A stretch of 64,000 nt of DNA from an uncultured Bacteriovoracaceae bacterium (GTDB lineage: Bacteria > Bdellovibrionota > Bacteriovoracia > Bacteriovoracales > Bacteriovoracaceae): contig CAXGUD010000017.1 in NCBI GenBank assembly GCA_964012805.1, positions 1 through 64,000 on the forward strand, given 5' to 3'. The position numbers were made by a program, and so were the translations under genes. Under the pieces are notes generated by a model that was given only the letters and a program-made list of their open reading frames with translations, had not been told where the DNA came from and did not search any database. Below are positions 31,197 to 43,088 of the stretch, one piece after another. How positions within the stretch are numbered: the stretch's first letter is position 1; each line of letters opens with the position of its first letter.

Positions 31197-32233
31197 GAGA
31201 AATCAATCCTAGGATCAACAACAACGTAAATAAGATCACTAATTAGCCTACCAACGAGCATCAGAACACTTTGCACAAAGATAAGGCCCATGACTACATT
31301 ATAATCTCTCTCCAAGACGGCTTTGTAACCTAAAAGACCCATACCATCTAAGTTAAAAATTAGCTCTAAAAGCAAAGAGCCAGCAAAAAAGACAGTCAGA
31401 AAGTCAGCCAAACCTGTAACAATAGGGATTAAAGCATTTCTTAAACAATGCTTTAGATGAACAACCTTCTCAGACAAACCTTTCGCTCTAGCAGTACGGA
31501 TATAATCCTTTTTTATTTCATCTAAAATTGAGTTTTTCATCAACATAGTTAAAACAGTAAAGCTTCCGATCATGTAACAAATAATTGGTAAAACGAAGTG
31601 ATGCAACCGATCAACAAATTTACCAAATGTTGTAAAATCATCGTAGTTATCAGAGTAAAGTTCACCAACAGGGAACCACTCGAAAAAGGAGCCTCCCGCA
31701 AAGTAAACAATAAGAAGAACCGCAAGCATAAAACCAGGTATCGAGTAAAGGACGGTAAGAAAAACCGTGGTTACTAAATCGAACTTCGTTCCATGTTTGA
31801 TTGCCTTTATGACCCCCAGGGGAATGCAGACCAGGTAGGTAAGAATAAAAGAAATAATTCCAAACTGAAGGGACACAGGAAACTTAGAAGCGACAACATC
31901 TAAAACAGGCTCCTCATAGGTGAAACTTTCGCCGAAATCCAAACGCGCTAGATTTTTTAGCCAAATCCAGTATCTTACATAAATCGGTTTATCAAAGCCA
32001 TACTGCTTCTTTAAAGCCTCAATGACCTCTTTAGAAATACCAGTGTCGCCTCCTTCAGAGCCTGTACCAGTTCCAGCTCCCGCTACTTGACCCATCCCTC
32101 CAAAACGGAGTTCTTGGATCTTTTTTTCAACAGGACCACCTGGAGCAAGATTAATGATAAAAAATACCACCAATGTCACTCCAAAAAGGGTCGGTATCAT
32201 TGTAAGCAGTCGCCTTAAAATATAGGTATACAA
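31193..32233 (-). CDS. Peptide ABC transporter permease (YejB/OppB-like)
   Basis: YILRRLL, APGGPVE, TARAKGLSE, DLIYVVVDPRI. Confidence 0.93.
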   Translation of the reverse strand: MYTYILRRLLTMIPTLFGVTLVVFFIINLAPGGPVEKKIQELRFGGMGQVAGAGTGTGSEGGDTGISKEVIEALKKQYGFDKPIYVRYWIWLKNLARLDFGESFTYEEPVLDVVASKFPVSLQFGIISFILTYLVCIPLGVIKAIKHGTKFDLVTTVFLTVLYSIPGFMLAVLLIVYFAGGSFFEWFPVGELYSDNYDDFTTFGKFVDRLHHFVLPIICYMIGSFTVLTMLMKNSILDEIKKDYIRTARAKGLSEKVVHLKHCLRNALIPIVTGLADFLTVFFAGSLLLELIFNLDGMGLLGYKAVLERDYNVVMGLIFVQSVLMLVGRLISDLIYVVVDPRIDFS

Positions 32234-32248
32234 TTTTAGGTCTCCCTA

Positions 32249-33925
32249 TTACTTCTTAATCCACCAATAACTTGTACCTATACCAAAGGTATAGGTGTCC
32301 TTCTTTCTACCTACTCTGTCTCTGTAAGCATAGAAACCATATTTCTCGTTAAATAAAAAGGCATAAGGAGCATCTTCAGCAATCATCCTGTAAACCTTTC
32401 TTAACATTTTTTGCCTTTTTTCTTGATCCAAAGTCTCTCTTGCTTGATCAATAAGCTGATCAACCTCTAAGTTCTTATAGCCAATAAAGTTTGACCCTGC
32501 TTTAGCAAAAGAAGAGTGCCAAATTTGCTTTGGGTCCCACTCGACTGCTCCGCCGCTCCACCCTAAACGGACTGCCTCAAACTTTCTTTCATCAAGCAAC
32601 TTAATGAAAGTTGTCCACTCAGAAAACTGAATTTTTACATCAATACCAGCTTTCTTTGCATCCTCTTTAAATACAGTGAGGTATTTAACAAACTCCTTTC
32701 TTGGTTCAAGAATTGTGAAACTAAAAGGAACTTTTTTTCCATCAATTATTTTATAAAGAATTGAATCTTCTGAATCATCTTTCCAGCCATCTTCTTTTAG
32801 AAGCTTCAAAGCAAGCTTTGGGTCGAAAGAAATGGCTTTAATTGTAGGGTCAGCATAAATACTTTGCTGATATTGAGGACCTGTTGCTGGCAAACTCATT
32901 CCATATCGAAATTTCTCTATCATTAGATCTCTGTTGATCAAGTGATAGAGGGCCACTCTTGTTTTCTTGGATTGAAACATAGGGTTTCTAAGGTTCCATC
33001 CTATAAAACCATATCCCTTAGGACTTTTATTTTGATACTTAACCTTGAAAACTTCTTTTCCCCATTTTTTACCACTAGTCTTAACAACATATTGTTCCGA
33101 AGTTAAACCAAGAAAATCAATATCTCCCTTTTCAGCGCGAATAAGGGAAACACTGTCATCTTGGATGAATCTAAGTAGTATTTTGGAAAAGTTATTGGTT
33201 CCTTTTTGGCTTTTATCGCCCTTACCCCACCAACTTTTATTAGCCTTAAGAATAATATTTTTACCGCGGTTAAACTCATTAAGAGTATAAGCTCCGGTTC
33301 CAACCAAAGTTTTATTCAACCTTTTAATATTTTCTTTGCTTGTATCTTCATAAAGGTGCTTAGGAATAATTGTTAAACCTGCAACAACATCGAAGTTTCT
33401 AAAATACTTTTTCTTTGCAGTGAAACGAATTCTTGTTTTATCAAGAATTTTGGCTTCTCCAATATTCTCATAATAAGGCTTGGAATGAGCTGTTTTCCAT
33501 CTATTTTCTTTATCCATAATGGCATCAAAACTAAACTTTACATCCTCTATCGTTAGAGGCTTCCCATCATGCCACTTAACACCTTCTCTTATGGTGAAGG
33601 TATAATTAAGACCATCTTTAGAAACTTCCCACTTAGTCGCAAGGGAAGGTTTCCAGCCATAAGACTCGATATCTCTTTCAAGCAAGCTTTCCAAAATATA
33701 ACTTTGGACCTGACTCGCATAATATCCTGTTGAGCTAAGAGCATTTAAGGTTGTTGGTTGCTGGCCTAAGTTTATCTTAAAAACACCTGACTTTGAGTTA
33801 GCTTTAGATCCGTCTTTGTTAGAAGCCTTTTCCTTTTTTAGGCATCCAACTAAAGAGAAACAACAAAATGCTAAAAGGGCAATGAGCGACTTTCTCGATA
33901 CCGCCCCGCTTAATACGCTATGCAT
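32249..33925 (-). CDS. Peptide ABC transporter substrate-binding lipoprotein (family 5)
   Basis: Lipobox LVGC; YTFTIREGVKWHDGKPLTIEDVKFS signature. Confidence 0.93.
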   Translation of the reverse strand: MHSVLSGAVSRKSLIALLAFCCFSLVGCLKKEKASNKDGSKANSKSGVFKINLGQQPTTLNALSSTGYYASQVQSYILESLLERDIESYGWKPSLATKWEVSKDGLNYTFTIREGVKWHDGKPLTIEDVKFSFDAIMDKENRWKTAHSKPYYENIGEAKILDKTRIRFTAKKKYFRNFDVVAGLTIIPKHLYEDTSKENIKRLNKTLVGTGAYTLNEFNRGKNIILKANKSWWGKGDKSQKGTNNFSKILLRFIQDDSVSLIRAEKGDIDFLGLTSEQYVVKTSGKKWGKEVFKVKYQNKSPKGYGFIGWNLRNPMFQSKKTRVALYHLINRDLMIEKFRYGMSLPATGPQYQQSIYADPTIKAISFDPKLALKLLKEDGWKDDSEDSILYKIIDGKKVPFSFTILEPRKEFVKYLTVFKEDAKKAGIDVKIQFSEWTTFIKLLDERKFEAVRLGWSGGAVEWDPKQIWHSSFAKAGSNFIGYKNLEVDQLIDQARETLDQEKRQKMLRKVYRMIAEDAPYAFLFNEKYGFYAYRDRVGRKKDTYTFGIGTSYWWIKK

Positions 33926-34063
33926 AAGAACTCCTTTCTATTCACTTGGAATTTCATACTTGACAAAAATTATTCCCATACTAGAGGAAACCAAGTAAAA
34001 CATAAAGGGTAATAAATTAATTTTTCTTATTTTTACGTTGAGGAATTCTTCTGGGTCATCAAT

Positions 34064-34753
34064 TTATTTTTTATAAAACAGGCGATTATCAAGAGACCAT
34101 CTATCAATCTTAAGGTTTTCATCTTCAACCTTATAACGCTCCATTTTAAATTCAACATCCTCCAAACTAGAGAGGGAGTTTTTATAAATACGAAGAGAAT
34201 TAATTCTATCTTCCTCCAATTGTGAAAGCTCTCTCTTCCACTCTCTCTGCAACTTAAGACTTAACGCACTATACCTACCATTTAATGCGTCCACCTTCTC
34301 TATATAGCTGTCCACTTCTTTTTTACTTTTTTTCACCTTATTAAGAAGGGCTAACCTCTTTTTTTTTAAAATAGCAACCAGCTCTCTTCCCATTTTAAGA
34401 TTATTAACTAAATCCTGACTAAAAAACTTTAAATAGGCTCCCTCCTTAACGTATGCCAACTTTGCGCAAAGCTTAAATGTTGATATTTTGATCAATAGGT
34501 ATTCATTAGTTTTTCCCAAAATGAACCCTCGACATTTATCCAACTTTACGCTTTGATCCCAAAAAGTTACCTGATCCTTTTTATTGAGATATCTAATATT
34601 TGAAAAATCAACCTTCACCTTAATCAAACCAGCGACAACATTAAGCGTCGAAATTCTACCCGAAAAAAGACCCTCTGAAGGAGTGGCCGGAGAATCAACT
34701 AAAAGCAGAGGGGAAAAGTAAATGAATAATAACTTAAAAATGATCAATTTCAT
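34064..34753 (-). CDS. Hypothetical secreted protein with C-terminal coiled coil
   Basis: N-terminal hydrophobic leader, beta-rich N-domain, charged helical C-half. Confidence 0.7.
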   Translation of the reverse strand: MKLIIFKLLFIYFSPLLLVDSPATPSEGLFSGRISTLNVVAGLIKVKVDFSNIRYLNKKDQVTFWDQSVKLDKCRGFILGKTNEYLLIKISTFKLCAKLAYVKEGAYLKFFSQDLVNNLKMGRELVAILKKKRLALLNKVKKSKKEVDSYIEKVDALNGRYSALSLKLQREWKRELSQLEEDRINSLRIYKNSLSSLEDVEFKMERYKVEDENLKIDRWSLDNRLFYKK

Positions 34754-34803
34754 TATTATCAGTATAAAGATAATTTGGGTAATTTATTAGAATGGAATAA
34801 GAT

Positions 34804-35196
34804 TCACTCTCCAGCTTCAACCCTTAATTGAGCGTCTATATGAACATTTAATATTTGAAGGATCCCCTCTAGTTCTCTTACGCCTTGGTTCAATTTATCT
34901 CGCACAAAATTAGGTAGATCTTCGGTGTGATTTAAGTACCAGAATAAATCATCCACTTTTGAGTAATATTTATCTAAAGCTATAATCACCTCTTCGGAGC
35001 ACTCCTTTAAGTCATCAACATTAACTTGTTCATAACGATTTGAAAAAATATCCTTAAAATGGACTCTTGTTCTTTTTACTGCAAAAGTTCTTAAATATTC
35101 GTCCATCCTATTCTTTATCCTTTCAAAAACATGTTTTGCATCGAGCTTAAGAATTACCAAAACTTTTTGTTGATCTTCAGACAGATGACTTTTCAC
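34804..35196 (-). CDS. Hypothetical protein (130 aa)
   Basis: Open helical ORF with GTG start and GGGG SD-like sequence. Confidence 0.7.
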   Translation of the reverse strand: MKSHLSEDQQKVLVILKLDAKHVFERIKNRMDEYLRTFAVKRTRVHFKDIFSNRYEQVNVDDLKECSEEVIIALDKYYSKVDDLFWYLNHTEDLPNFVRDKLNQGVRELEGILQILNVHIDAQLRVEAGE

Positions 35197-35267
35197 CAGA
35201 ACGTCCCCAAAGTTAAATTCATCAAAAAATAGATGGATAAAATTTCTTTATACAACTAATGGTATTC

Positions 35268-35666
35268 CTAGTTAACTCCGTAAAATTTTTTATAAGCTTT
35301 AACTAAACTATTGACCAGGTCGCCAACCTCTAGTGGCAAAGGAATATGCCCATATACTTCCTCTTTGAGGTAATTTTTACTCATTTTTAAACTACCAAAT
35401 GAGTTCATATCCATTAAGAAAACCTTCTTATTTTTCAAATAGTAGTCTAAATAAAGGTTTCTTTGCTTAGTTAACTTGTCTAAACTTTTTAAGTCTTTAA
35501 CAAAGGAAAAAATAACCCTTTTCTCTTTTCTTGCGTAAACTCCTATATCCTGGGCATTAACAGGAACTAGTTTCAGACTAAAATCAGAAAGCTTTTGACT
35601 TAGGGGGAAGTAGAAACTTGGTATATTTTTACTCAATCTTAGATAAAGAATAGCTGAGGGTAGCAT
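35268..35666 (-). CDS. Hypothetical protein (132 aa)
   Basis: AGGTGG SD; alpha/beta pattern loosely like a degenerate receiver domain. Confidence 0.65.
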   Translation of the reverse strand: MLPSAILYLRLSKNIPSFYFPLSQKLSDFSLKLVPVNAQDIGVYARKEKRVIFSFVKDLKSLDKLTKQRNLYLDYYLKNKKVFLMDMNSFGSLKMSKNYLKEEVYGHIPLPLEVGDLVNSLVKAYKKFYGVN

Positions 35667-35702
35667 ATTTTTTCCACCTTATTAAACAAAAACACTCTTT
35701 TC

Positions 35703-35729
35703 CTTTCGTCAACAAAGTGAAAATATTTA
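35703..35729 (-). promoter_or_regulatory. Possible sigma28 promoter
   Basis: TAAATATT-N11-GACGAAAG upstream of ORF 35666; weaker match. Confidence 0.35.
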
Positions 35730-35743
35730 TTGAAATAAACAGC

Positions 35744-36475
35744 CTATAAATTTATTCCCTTATCTTTACAGACTCTCAATGTATTTTCGATTTTATGGTT
35801 ATTCCCTCTTTTTATACACTTTTTTAAATCCAATAAAGTATCAATATCCGACCACTTCTCCATTAATCTCACTCTTAAACCAATCTTTTTACATTGGTTT
35901 ATCAAGACCTGAGAAACACTTTCATTATCTAAAACTAGGCTATCAATATTTTCAAAGAGGTCATAAAATTTAGAGTTCATCCCTAAATAGTAAAAGCCAC
36001 CATCATCATCTGGGCCAATAATAACATCCTCAGTTTGTAAATCATGAAAAAAACGTTGATCTAAAAAATGAAACGGGAAGTCTGGAATATCTGTTCCTGT
36101 TAGGTGGATAAAAGAACTGTCATTTTCGAGGTTAATTTCTTTGAAAACAAGCTTTAACCTCTCAAAAAATTTCTTTTTAACCTGAAACCTAATTCTAAAA
36201 TGATCTAAATCTAGTTTAGTTAAAATATCTTCAAAATAGGCGATGGATTGTTTTTCAGAAGGGGTAACAAACAACTCAATATTTCCTAGGTTTCTTTTCA
36301 AGAAACCTCCCGTCCTTTGAATCAATTCTAAGTTTTTAAAGAAATCTTTAATAAAAGCATCATACAAACAAAAAGACCTCTCTTCACCCAGCTCTTTCGC
36401 GAGCCTAGTCTTAGAAAAACCTCTTATTGGTCTTTTGCCAATCACAACAAAAAATCTTTTTTGACTTTTTTTCAT
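35744..36475 (-). CDS. DUF2064 (TIGR04282-like) nucleotidyltransferase-fold protein
   Basis: KRPIRGFSKTRLA, GTDIP, VIIGPDDDGGFYYLG, SDIDT. Confidence 0.85.
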   Translation of the reverse strand: MKKSQKRFFVVIGKRPIRGFSKTRLAKELGEERSFCLYDAFIKDFFKNLELIQRTGGFLKRNLGNIELFVTPSEKQSIAYFEDILTKLDLDHFRIRFQVKKKFFERLKLVFKEINLENDSSFIHLTGTDIPDFPFHFLDQRFFHDLQTEDVIIGPDDDGGFYYLGMNSKFYDLFENIDSLVLDNESVSQVLINQCKKIGLRVRLMEKWSDIDTLLDLKKCIKRGNNHKIENTLRVCKDKGINL

Positions 36476-36504
36476 CTTAAGTTTTCAAGCTTAAAAATTA
36501 AGTT

Positions 36505-36533
36505 AAAAAAAAGGGAGGCTCTAAAGCCTCCCT
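36505..36533 (-). terminator. Intrinsic terminator of groESL
   Basis: AGGGAGGCT-4-AGCCTCCCT stem followed by a T run on the minus strand. Confidence 0.88.
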
Positions 36534-36569
36534 CGTTATTTAAAAAAAATAAAGTGAATGAATGCCTTT

Positions 36570-38243
<1,674 letters not shown>

Positions 38244-38315
38244 TTATAAATAACTATTTAATCAATAAACACACTTAATTCTAAAATGATAAAATATGCT
38301 TTTTTTTAAAACTTC

Positions 38316-38603
38316 TTAATGAAGAACACCTAGAATATCATCCTCTTTCATGATGAGGTATTCCTGGCCCTCAACCTTAACCTCTGTTCCAGAGTACTTA
38401 CCAAAAAGGATTTTATCTCCCTCTTTAACGTCCAACGACCTAACCGTCCCATCATTTAAACGGTAACCTGGTCCAACAGAAACAATCTTCCCTTGAGCTG
38501 GCTTTTCTGCATGATTATCAGGGATGATAATCCCGCTAGCAGTTTTAGTTTCTTCTTCCAACCTTTCAACAAGAACTCGGTCCTGTAATGGTCTTACTTG
38601 CAT
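38316..38603 (-). CDS. groS: Co-chaperonin GroES
   Basis: [25 protein letters not shown]. Confidence 0.99.
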   Translation of the reverse strand: MQVRPLQDRVLVERLEEETKTASGIIIPDNHAEKPAQGKIVSVGPGYRLNDGTVRSLDVKEGDKILFGKYSGTEVKVEGQEYLIMKEDDILGVLH

Positions 38604-38674
38604 AATTTCCTCCGTTGTATAGATCTATCTTCGATAGAAGTTCGATTACAAGCTATTAAAAAATTGTCCAAAAC

Positions 38675-38702
38675 AATCTAATATGTATGAAACTGCTGTC
38701 AA
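38675..38702 (-). promoter_or_regulatory. Putative sigma70 promoter of groESL
   Basis: TTGACA-16 nt-TAGATT; no CIRCE element visible. Confidence 0.55.
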
Positions 38703-38759
38703 GTGCACCTGAAAAAAAAAGAGGCCAAAATTTATTGCGTGATGCGAAATAGACACATA

Positions 38760-41435
38760 TCATTTCAGATCATACCAGTTTACGCCTAGCGACATATCTA
38801 CATCCAAAGGAACCTTCAGCTTCACAACCCCTTCCATGCAACTTCTAACAATACTTTTCATTGCGTCAACCTCATCCTCCACAACTTCGAAAATTAATTC
38901 GTCATGGACCTGAAGCAGCATTTTCGATTTGAGTCCTTCTCTTTTTAGTGATTCGGATATGTTTATCATAGCGACTTTAATTATGTCAGCAGCAGTCCCT
39001 TGAATAGGACTATTTACAGCAACCCTTTCCGCAGCAGACTTTATAGTCCTATTTTTGGAGTTAATATCGGGTAAAAACCTCTTCCGGCCAAATAAAGTTT
39101 CTGTATAGCCCTTTTCCTCACAAGCTTCCTTGAGAGAATCCATGTAGCCTTTAATCTTATTAAATCTTTCAAAATACATCGTGATATAATTTTTCGCTTC
39201 TCTTCTTGAAATTCCCAGAACCTTTGCGAGACCAAAGGAGGATTGGCCATACATAAGCCCAAAGTTCACTGCCTTGGCCATAGATCTATCGTTAGCACTT
39301 ACTTTGTCCAATGGAACACCTAGAACTTCAGAAGCGGTTTGAGCGTGAATATCAAGTCCATCCAAAAAAGACTTGACCATGGTAGGGTCCTCCGAAAAAT
39401 GGGCCAAAATCCTAAGCTCAACTTGGGAGTAATCTGCCGTTAGCAAAAGCCTTCCCGGAGAGGCAATAAAACCCTTCCTTATCTTTTTTCCATTATCCGA
39501 CCTTATTGGGATATTTTGCAAGTTAGGATGAACTGATGACAAACGTCCTGTAGCTGCCGTATGTTGGCTAAAATGAGTATGAACCCTTTTTGATTTGGAG
39601 TCGACAAGCTCGGGAATGGCCCTAACATAGGTACTTAATAATTTATCAATTTCCCTAAAATTAATAATCATTTTTGGAATGTTACTTAAACCTTTGGAAT
39701 CTAATTCCTCTAATACCTCTGCACTTGTGGAATAACCGGTCTTAGTTTTAGAAATAACTGGCAAACCTAATTTCTCAAAGAGCAAAAATCCTACCTGCTT
39801 AGGAGACCGAAGGTTAATTTCAGTTTCTTCATCAAGTTCTGTAAGAGCTTCTTTTACTTGATTTTCAATGCTTTGCAATTTTTCTTGAAATTCATTCTCA
39901 AGTTCTTTAAAAAAATTATGGTTAATTAAAATCCCTTCTTGCTCCATGCTTGCAAGAATAGGCAAAAGCTTTAAATCAATATCGAAGTAAACTGAGTTTA
40001 AATTCAACTCACCCAAATCTTTTTTTAATTTACTTGCAAGGAGAAAGTTAGAGCAAGCCCTTAATCCCAAATAATTAGATTTCTCAATTAATGGGAGGTC
40101 TGAAAAAGAACCATCTTTTTTATCTAATTTAGGAATTTCTATCCCTAAATTATTCTCTACCATTTTTTCAAAGGAATGGTTTCCTGAGCTATCTACAACA
40201 TAGTGGGCCTGAACAGTGTCAAAAAAGGTTCCCTCGAAATCCTTAAGATTTTTCTTAAGAAAAAAGTGATCTCTTTTAGAGTGCTCCGAAATGATCTCAA
40301 CTGAGGGCTTTTCTTTTATAAATTTAAAAAATGTGTCGAGAAAATTTGACTCTGTATTAAAATAAAATGACTTTTTTCCTTCAAAAGAAACAGCTGCACC
40401 AATTATCTCTTTTTCAACCAAATCAGATTCTTTAAATTCGGTGAAAAGTGAACATGTACCATGTTTTTCCAGTAGAGATTTAACTTCATTAATTTCTGTC
40501 TCTGACTTGACAACAACATAATCAAATTGCTCCACGGTCCCACTTTTTTCAGCTCGCTCTCCCGGAGCATCCAACATGAGTGCCAATTTTTCTAACCGGA
40601 CAACATCCCTTTTAAAGCCCAATCCTTTTAAAAATTGAATTAAATCTTCAGTTGGGTAAAACAGCAACTTGGACTGCTCAACATCCAGACCTAATTCGAG
40701 GTCACACTTTATGCTAACAAGCCTTTTTGATAGTTCAGCATCTTCAATATGATTGTTAAAGGCATCAATGACTCGCTTCCCTTTAAGTTCATGCTTATTA
40801 TTTATACAGCCGTCTAATGTCCCGTACTTAGCAAGCAGCTGTGAAGCTCCCTTGACACCAATTCCCTTCATACCAGGAACGTTATCTGAAGAATCACCAA
40901 CAATAGAAAGGAAATCGACTATCTGGTTAGGCCAAACCCCCATTTTATCTTTTACACGGTTCGTATCGTATTTAATGTCTTTCATAGTATCCAGCATAAA
41001 AACGTTATCACCTACAAACTGCATTAAGTCTTTATCACTGGAGGCGATTAGAATCTCTTCAAAGGAAGACCGCCACTGGGTACAAAAACTACCTATGATA
41101 TCATCTGCCTCATAACCAATAATTTGTTTACACTGTAATCCCATTTTTTTGGTCATATCATTTATAAGGTTAAATTGAGGAATTAAGTCTTCTGGTGGCT
41201 CGGAACGGTTTGCTTTATACTCGACATACATATCGTGACGAAAGGTCTTTTCCTTTGAGTCTTGCGCCAATACGAGATGAGATGGCTCATACTTTTCAAT
41301 CAGCTTTAATAACATAGACAAAACACCGTTAATAGCATTAGTCGGAGTGCCATCTGGTGCATTCATAGGTCTAATTGCGTAAAATGCCCTAAAAATAAAG
41401 CTACTAATATCAACTATAACGAGCCTTTTTTCCAT
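38760..41435 (-). CDS. polA: DNA polymerase I
   Basis: 5'-3' exonuclease (YKANR, EADD, GDSSDNVPG); polymerase motifs DYSQVELR, KAVNFGLMYG, QVHDEL; start moved to ATG 41435. Confidence 0.97.
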   Translation of the reverse strand: MEKRLVIVDISSFIFRAFYAIRPMNAPDGTPTNAINGVLSMLLKLIEKYEPSHLVLAQDSKEKTFRHDMYVEYKANRSEPPEDLIPQFNLINDMTKKMGLQCKQIIGYEADDIIGSFCTQWRSSFEEILIASSDKDLMQFVGDNVFMLDTMKDIKYDTNRVKDKMGVWPNQIVDFLSIVGDSSDNVPGMKGIGVKGASQLLAKYGTLDGCINNKHELKGKRVIDAFNNHIEDAELSKRLVSIKCDLELGLDVEQSKLLFYPTEDLIQFLKGLGFKRDVVRLEKLALMLDAPGERAEKSGTVEQFDYVVVKSETEINEVKSLLEKHGTCSLFTEFKESDLVEKEIIGAAVSFEGKKSFYFNTESNFLDTFFKFIKEKPSVEIISEHSKRDHFFLKKNLKDFEGTFFDTVQAHYVVDSSGNHSFEKMVENNLGIEIPKLDKKDGSFSDLPLIEKSNYLGLRACSNFLLASKLKKDLGELNLNSVYFDIDLKLLPILASMEQEGILINHNFFKELENEFQEKLQSIENQVKEALTELDEETEINLRSPKQVGFLLFEKLGLPVISKTKTGYSTSAEVLEELDSKGLSNIPKMIINFREIDKLLSTYVRAIPELVDSKSKRVHTHFSQHTAATGRLSSVHPNLQNIPIRSDNGKKIRKGFIASPGRLLLTADYSQVELRILAHFSEDPTMVKSFLDGLDIHAQTASEVLGVPLDKVSANDRSMAKAVNFGLMYGQSSFGLAKVLGISRREAKNYITMYFERFNKIKGYMDSLKEACEEKGYTETLFGRKRFLPDINSKNRTIKSAAERVAVNSPIQGTAADIIKVAMINISESLKREGLKSKMLLQVHDELIFEVVEDEVDAMKSIVRSCMEGVVKLKVPLDVDMSLGVNWYDLK

Positions 41436-41533
41436 TGTCTTATTCTCCATTCTTTTCGATGGTTGTAGCACTTCCCAACCAGCAAAAAAAGACTGAATTC
41501 AAAGATCGTTAGAAAGAAAAAAATGGCCCAGAA

Positions 41534-42028
41534 TTAAACACCGCGGCTTGTTTCAAACCAGCTTGAGGGTTGCTTTTTAGAAGATATCTTTGCTCCAGTT
41601 AATGGCACAACTGAAGTATCGGCCATGACATCACCCAAACGGTGCGCAGAATCAATCTTAAAAAGCAGATATACTTCTAAAAGAATAAAGAAAGGAGAGA
41701 TAAGAAGAGAGAGTATCCATCCCCAGAAGGGGAAAATAGAAAAGATAAATGGCACTGATAATGGTAAATTTCTTATAAACGACTGTTTATACGAGCACGG
41801 TCGTCCGTCATCTAATGATATTACAGAAAACCCTAAAAACTTTTTCCCAACCGACTGCCCCCCACGCAAAGCATCACAAACAGAAATATAGATCACTCCA
41901 AGGAGGACACCACCGGGATAAAATGGTATTGACACGATTAACACAATAAAAAGGTCAATAGCTTTAGCTACCAGTCGAGTTAAACGAGCAACTTTTTGGG
42001 GAGAATTAAGAAAGTATTTCCTGTTCAT
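41534..42028 (-). CDS. RDD family membrane protein
   Basis: RLVAKAID, GQSVGKK, RLGDVMADT. Confidence 0.9.
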   Translation of the reverse strand: MNRKYFLNSPQKVARLTRLVAKAIDLFIVLIVSIPFYPGGVLLGVIYISVCDALRGGQSVGKKFLGFSVISLDDGRPCSYKQSFIRNLPLSVPFIFSIFPFWGWILSLLISPFFILLEVYLLFKIDSAHRLGDVMADTSVVPLTGAKISSKKQPSSWFETSRGV

Positions 42029-42165
42029 AGTAATATTTTATTTTATAGGTCCATTTTTCGAAATAAGAAATTTTTTCAATCCATGAAAGCCTTTCTTATT
42101 CCACGATTCTATACAAAACATCAAGCTTGTTATATGAGTAATGAAATCGTTTCAAGGAGATTCCA

Positions 42166-42489
42166 GTGAGTGGAGTAGGAAAAACAAATCAAGAAAATTT
42201 TGACACTGATGTACTTCAATCAGAAAAACCAGTATTAGTTGATTTTTGGGCGGAGTGGTGTGGTCCATGTAGATCTCTAGCGCCTGTTCTAGATGAAGTG
42301 GCTCAAGAAGTCGGCGATAAAGCTGCAGTTATCAAAGTAAATGTTGATGAAAATGGGGATTTAGCACAAAAATATGGTATCAGAGGTATCCCTACAATGA
42401 TATTCTTCAAAAATGGAGAGGCAGCCAAAACACTTGTAGGCTTGCAACCCAAAGAGGAAATTAAAAAGAGTCTAGAAGAGCTCTACTAG
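42166..42489 (+). CDS. trxA: Thioredoxin
   Basis: VDFWAEWCGPC. Confidence 0.97.
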   Translation: MSGVGKTNQENFDTDVLQSEKPVLVDFWAEWCGPCRSLAPVLDEVAQEVGDKAAVIKVNVDENGDLAQKYGIRGIPTMIFFKNGEAAKTLVGLQPKEEIKKSLEELY

Positions 42490-42500
42490 GATTCTCCCAA

Positions 42501-43088
42501 ATGTCAAACCATATAACTTTTGGTCTTAAAGAAGCCGCGAAAACGCTTGATTCATTTATTAAAAACAAAGAAAACATCTTTCAACTAAATGAAGCCGTTA
42601 AGCAACTAGTCCTTACTTTCAGAGAAGGAAAGAGCGTCTTTAGCTGTGGAAATGGTGGTTCAATGTGCGATTCGATGCACTTTGCAGAAGAGCTCACTGG
42701 ACGCTACAGAAAAAATAGAAAACCTTTACCGGCCACAGCTATAGCTGACCCAAGTCACTTGAGCTGTGTTGCCAATGATTTTGGTTATGAGGAGGTCTTT
42801 TCCAGGTATATAGAAGCCTGGGGAAGTGAGGGAGACTGCCTTCTAGCAATCTCAACAAGCGGAAATTCAAAAAATGTTATTCTTGCAACGGAAATTGCAA
42901 AACAAAAAAAGCTAAAAGTCATAGGTCTTCTTGGTAAGAGCGGTGGGGAATTAAGATCGTTGGTTGATTACCCCATAATTGTCGACTCGAATATCACTGA
43001 CCGTATTCAGGAAATTCACATCAAGATCATCCATCTAATGATTGAAGGTATCGAAAGAGAGTTATTCCCGGAAAATTATCAAGACTAA
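42501..43088 (+). CDS. gmhA: D-sedoheptulose 7-phosphate isomerase
   Basis: CGNGGSMCDSMHFAEEL, STSGNS, RIQEIH. Confidence 0.95.
   Translation: MSNHITFGLKEAAKTLDSFIKNKENIFQLNEAVKQLVLTFREGKSVFSCGNGGSMCDSMHFAEELTGRYRKNRKPLPATAIADPSHLSCVANDFGYEEVFSRYIEAWGSEGDCLLAISTSGNSKNVILATEIAKQKKLKVIGLLGKSGGELRSLVDYPIIVDSNITDRIQEIHIKIIHLMIEGIERELFPENYQD

Noticed and set aside
38604..38759. CIRCE element or sigma32 promoter upstream of groES
   Set aside because: No TTAGCACTC-N9-GAGTGCTAA; CTTGA and CATAT are too close together for sigma32 spacing
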